Assembly: GCA_902777885.1 (NCBI GenBank)
Contig: CACYVR010000001.1
Location: forward strand, 71,880-135,879
Length of the DNA stretch: 64,000 bases
DNA from: an uncultured Methanobrevibacter sp.
Lineage (GTDB): Archaea > Methanobacteriota > Methanobacteria > Methanobacteriales > Methanobacteriaceae
Direction: 5' to 3'
Every line of letters starts with the position of its first letter. The stretch's first letter is position 1. Under the pieces are notes generated by a model. It saw only the letters and a list, made by a program, of their open reading frames with translations, was not told where the DNA came from and did not search any database. The translations under genes and the position numbers were made by a program. Below, piece after piece: positions 61,084 through 64,000 of the stretch.

Positions 61084-61132
61084 GTAAGAGACAAAAATAG
61101 GAGGCGGGGAAAATATCCTCGCCTTTTTAATA

Positions 61133-61312
61133 TTATTCAGATCGTACCCATTCAGGTGAGCCGTCAACCATTGCAAACACCTCACATACATCAAGGTCAT
61201 GTGAATAAACATGAAATTCATTACCCTCAGCTGATATTACAAGTTCATCCATATCGTATATACCGTAATCCTCAAACCAATCCATTATTACCTCAAAGAA
61301 CTTTTTCATCAT
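61133..61312 (-). CDS. Small acidic early protein
   Basis: TTGCAT..TATAAT promoter, AAAGGTGGT RBS, terminator hairpin at about 61100-61128. Confidence 0.7.
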   Translation of the reverse strand: MMKKFFEVIMDWFEDYGIYDMDELVISAEGNEFHVYSHDLDVCEVFAMVDGSPEWVRSE

Positions 61313-61453
61313 TTTGATAACCACCTTTTTTTAATTTTTTGTCCTTCCGACACTATTATTATACTATATAATGAGAAAAATGCAAGATGTTTTTGCATTT
61401 TTTTTAATTTTGGCAATATGCACAAAAAGGCAGCGGCTTTTTGTGCATATTGC

Positions 61454-61828
61454 TTTTTTAAAAAAAATTGAAAAAATTTTCAAAAACGTATTGACAAATA
61501 GAACAAAGTATGGTATTATATCATTGTAGGGTGAATGAAAACCCAAATAAAAAGCATGAGTAAGGAAACAAGAATAAGAATAAGAATGGCGATCGTAACA
61601 ATGATAATATTCGCAAGTACAGGTTTAGCAATCTTGGAGCGTGTATTCAGATTTAAAGCGTTTATGTGGTTAATATCCATGATATTCTAATAACTGAATA
61701 TTACAAGCGGTTAAAAATACCGCTTGTATTTTTTTAAAAAAAATTGAAAAAATTTTCAAAAACGTATTGACAAATAGAACAAAGTATGGTATTATATCAT
61801 TGTAGGGTGAATGAAAACCCAAATAAAA
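61454..61828 (+). repeat. 99-bp perfect direct repeat (61454-61552 and 61730-61828) containing a sigma-A promoter
   Basis: Identical copies with TTGACA-17-TATTAT (61491 and 61767) and a GGGT..ACCC leader hairpin. Confidence 0.92.
61556..61690 (+). CDS. 44-aa hydrophobic peptide, absent from the ORF track
   Basis: MSKETRIRIRMAIVTMIIFASTGLAILERVFRFKAFMWLISMIF*, between a promoter and the terminator at about 61705-61735; weak RBS. Confidence 0.5.
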   Translation: MSKETRIRIRMAIVTMIIFASTGLAILERVFRFKAFMWLISMIF

Positions 61829-61847
61829 GAAAAACGTAACGATTGAA

Positions 61848-62063
61848 ATGGCAATGCAGGCAATAGAAAACGCAAGAAATGACATCAACGGTGAATACAT
61901 CAATGAGCTTTTCAACATTCTTACAGATCTTGAAACAATAGCGGAAAAAGAGGAGGATGAATTTAAAGCTTTTAAGTTGAGGGCGGCAATTCATACGGGT
62001 ATTAACACAATAAGCTACTTACAGAAAAGAGCGGAAAGAATGAGGAAATACAAAAAAGAATAA
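61848..62063 (+). CDS. Small early protein
   Basis: Between the duplicated promoter and terminator AAAAGCGGCA-GAAA-TGCCGCTTTT (about 62065-62095). Confidence 0.7.
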   Translation: MAMQAIENARNDINGEYINELFNILTDLETIAEKEEDEFKAFKLRAAIHTGINTISYLQKRAERMRKYKKE

Positions 62064-62095
62064 GAAAAGCGGCAGAAATGCCGCTTTTATTTTTT

Positions 62096-62322
62096 ACTGC
62101 TGCCGCTTTAATATGCTAAAGTGCTAAAGTATATATCAATCGAACATTTGTTCGATTTAATACTTTAGCACGATAAAGTGTTAACGCTTTAAAGCACTAA
62201 AGCGAACACTTGCCGCTGCTCAATACTATACAATCCGATATATTGGTTAGTTGCCACTAATCATTAAGTACAACTAACTTAAGGTTAGGCTCCACTAACC
62301 AATATATCGGATTGTATAGTAT
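62096..62322. repeat. Structured element, copy 2
   Basis: Same boxes at a constant +1229 offset; 29-bp perfect hairpin 62223-62251/62294-62322. Confidence 0.85.
62141..62154. promoter_or_regulatory. Gram-positive LexA (Cheo/SOS) box
   Basis: CGAACATTTGTTCG. Confidence 0.7.
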
Positions 62323-62475
62323 ATCGGAGAAAAATTTTTGCAGGATTGAAATTTAAAACTTGCAAAAATTTTTTTTATTTTTTTAAAAAACCTATTGACA
62401 AAAACAGGAATACCTGCTATACTATAATCACAGGGTTAAGGAAAGCCCAAAAATAAAAAAAGGTGGTAATTAAAC

Positions 62476-62775
62476 ATGGCAATGGCAGAAAGAACAAGAA
62501 AAGCAATTGAAACACTCCACGATATGCACGCTGGTGAGGAACTTACAAGAAATAGACTTGACGCTATTTCGGCAGTATCGGTTGATACGCTTATTAGATA
62601 CAGAGCGGTTGAGGTAATAACGGAAAGAACGCTCGTTCCCGTTTCAGTCGCTGAACTTGTTAAACTCTTGAATGAATGTGCGGGAGATGACTGTTACAGT
62701 TGTTCATGGGAGTACATTGAAAAAGACGGGAGCGCGTTCAGAGTTGACCGCACAACGGTTTACAGAGTGCTTTAA
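62476..62775 (+). CDS. Small early protein
   Basis: Promoter 62395-62423 (TTGACA-17-TATACT), AAAGGTGGT RBS, terminator at about 62778-62800. Confidence 0.8.
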   Translation: MAMAERTRKAIETLHDMHAGEELTRNRLDAISAVSVDTLIRYRAVEVITERTLVPVSVAELVKLLNECAGDDCYSCSWEYIEKDGSAFRVDRTTVYRVL

Positions 62776-62959
62776 AGAAAGGGGGCGCAAGCCCTTTTTT
62801 CTTTGCCGCTGCCGCAATAGCAAAATGCACAAAAAATCAGCGTTTAATTTGTGCAAAATTTTTTTTATTTTTATATTGACTTTTTCCGAAATATGAGTAT
62901 AATATATAATAGAGGGTGACGAGAGAACACCCCAAATAAAAAAAAGGTGGTAGTTAAAA

Positions 62960-63190
62960 ATGACGGAACTTGAGAGAGTACAGAGAGAGCTTGAAATGCT
63001 GAAGATTGATTTAAGAAATGCACAACAAGAGACTTTAAGCGTAAAGTATGAACTGAGGAAAGCAACAAGCTTTTATATTGAATGTTGGGAGGATTATAAA
63101 GACTTAGAATATAGTGAGGATAACTACAAGTCATTGCAGATACTAATGAAAAAAATGATTAAAGGAATAAAAAAGGTAAGCGGGGATTAA
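62960..63190 (+). CDS. Small coiled-coil early protein
   Basis: Promoter 62876-62903, AAAGGTGGT RBS, terminator at about 63178-63209. Confidence 0.8.
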   Translation: MTELERVQRELEMLKIDLRNAQQETLSVKYELRKATSFYIECWEDYKDLEYSEDNYKSLQILMKKMIKGIKKVSGD

Positions 63191-63346
63191 AAATCCCTGC
63201 TTTTCTTTTACATTACAATCGAACATAATTTTGCACAAAAAAATAAATCAAGTTTGTGCAATTTACCAATTGTAAAATTAAAAAAAATAGTGTATAATAA
63301 ATAATGTAATCAAGAGTGATTACAAAAAAGAAAGGTGGTTAAAATT

Positions 63347-63538
63347 ATGTTTGGTTCTTTTCATTGGTTTGCTAAGGTGCTTATTTTCATTGGTATTTGT
63401 TTTGGTTATATTTGCTTGATGAAAATATGTGAAAAGTATGATACGCAAATAATGAAGGCGGTAAGAAAGATACTTAGCTTTATCGCTGAAATGGGTGAGG
63501 ATGCACTTTTAGTTATCCTTGCTATGTTAACGCATTGA
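63347..63538 (+). CDS. Small membrane early protein
   Basis: Promoter 63270-63298, AAAGGTGGT RBS, TM segment, hairpin at about 63546-63576. Confidence 0.75.
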   Translation: MFGSFHWFAKVLIFIGICFGYICLMKICEKYDTQIMKAVRKILSFIAEMGEDALLVILAMLTH

Positions 63539-63684
63539 GTATTAGGGGCGTTGCGTTAAACCACAACGCAACGCCCATAAAAAAATAAAAAATTTTTTTA
63601 AAATCTATTGACAAATCGCCGCAAAGATGATATAATGATAATGTACTCAAGAGGTACACAAAATAGTTAAAAGGTGGTTTTATT

Positions 63685-63936
63685 ATGAAAACAGTAAAAA
63701 AGGTTATCGCAATTTCTCTGGTCGTTCTCGTTGGTGCAGGTCTTACTTATTTAATAGGTTGTATCTGTTCCGCGGTCGTTCTTTTCTTTGCAAACTTTTT
63801 CTTTAAGGCTAATTTGTTTACGTTTTCAAAAATACTTATTGGTGGGCTGATTTGTAACATAATTGGAACGCTTGGCACAAAAGCGAGCGAGTTTAAAAAA
63901 CTCAAAAATAATTTAATGGAAATATGGGAAACTTAA
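63685..63936 (+). CDS. Small membrane early protein (two TM segments)
   Basis: Promoter 63608-63636, AAAGGTGGT RBS, terminator AAAAGGGC-GCAA-GCCCTTTT. Confidence 0.8.
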   Translation: MKTVKKVIAISLVVLVGAGLTYLIGCICSAVVLFFANFFFKANLFTFSKILIGGLICNIIGTLGTKASEFKKLKNNLMEIWET

Positions 63937-64000
63937 AAGGGCGCAAGCCCTTTTAAATTTTTTTTAATTTTTTTAAAAAACCTATTGACAAAAGCAAAAA

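Noticed and set aside
60426-61317. ORFs 60426-60680, 60596-60796, 60952-61221 and 60973-61317
   Set aside because: They are translations of palindromic or repeat DNA without an RBS.
58700-63000. CRISPR array
   Set aside because: The repeats are two-copy or palindromic, without regularly sized unique spacers; no cas genes.
1-64000. tRNA/rRNA genes, integrase, endolysin
   Set aside because: None recognised by eye; a tRNAscan/Infernal run would be needed to exclude RNA genes.

Overview
AT-rich segment of a large tailed dsDNA phage (long-tailed, SPbeta-like gene order), probably infecting a Bacillota/Clostridia host. 1-10094 (+): DnaE polymerase, guanylate kinase, class III RNR, dUTPase and RuvC. 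10105-58583 (-): a six-gene module of unknown function, tail and receptor-binding genes, holins, a 3020-aa tape measure, tail tube, head genes, portal and terminase. 58600-64000: a mostly non-coding, highly structured region followed by small early genes, each with its own strong promoter. Main observations: (1) nrdD is split into two separately translated genes by an HNH endonuclease, with no intron or intein. (2) Two group I introns can be mapped to the nucleotide, one in terL (with HNH) and an ORF-less one after codon 4 of the major tail gene, next to a free-standing LAGLIDADG gene. (3) The right end holds a ~450-bp tract with no adjacent pyrimidines, an oriented Chi-like GCCGCTGCC array, a G4-like hairpin loop, long palindromes, and a duplicated ~215-bp element (three CTTTA-N6-TAAAG boxes, a LexA box and a covarying hairpin). 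All calls come from reading the sequence by eye; no searches were run.
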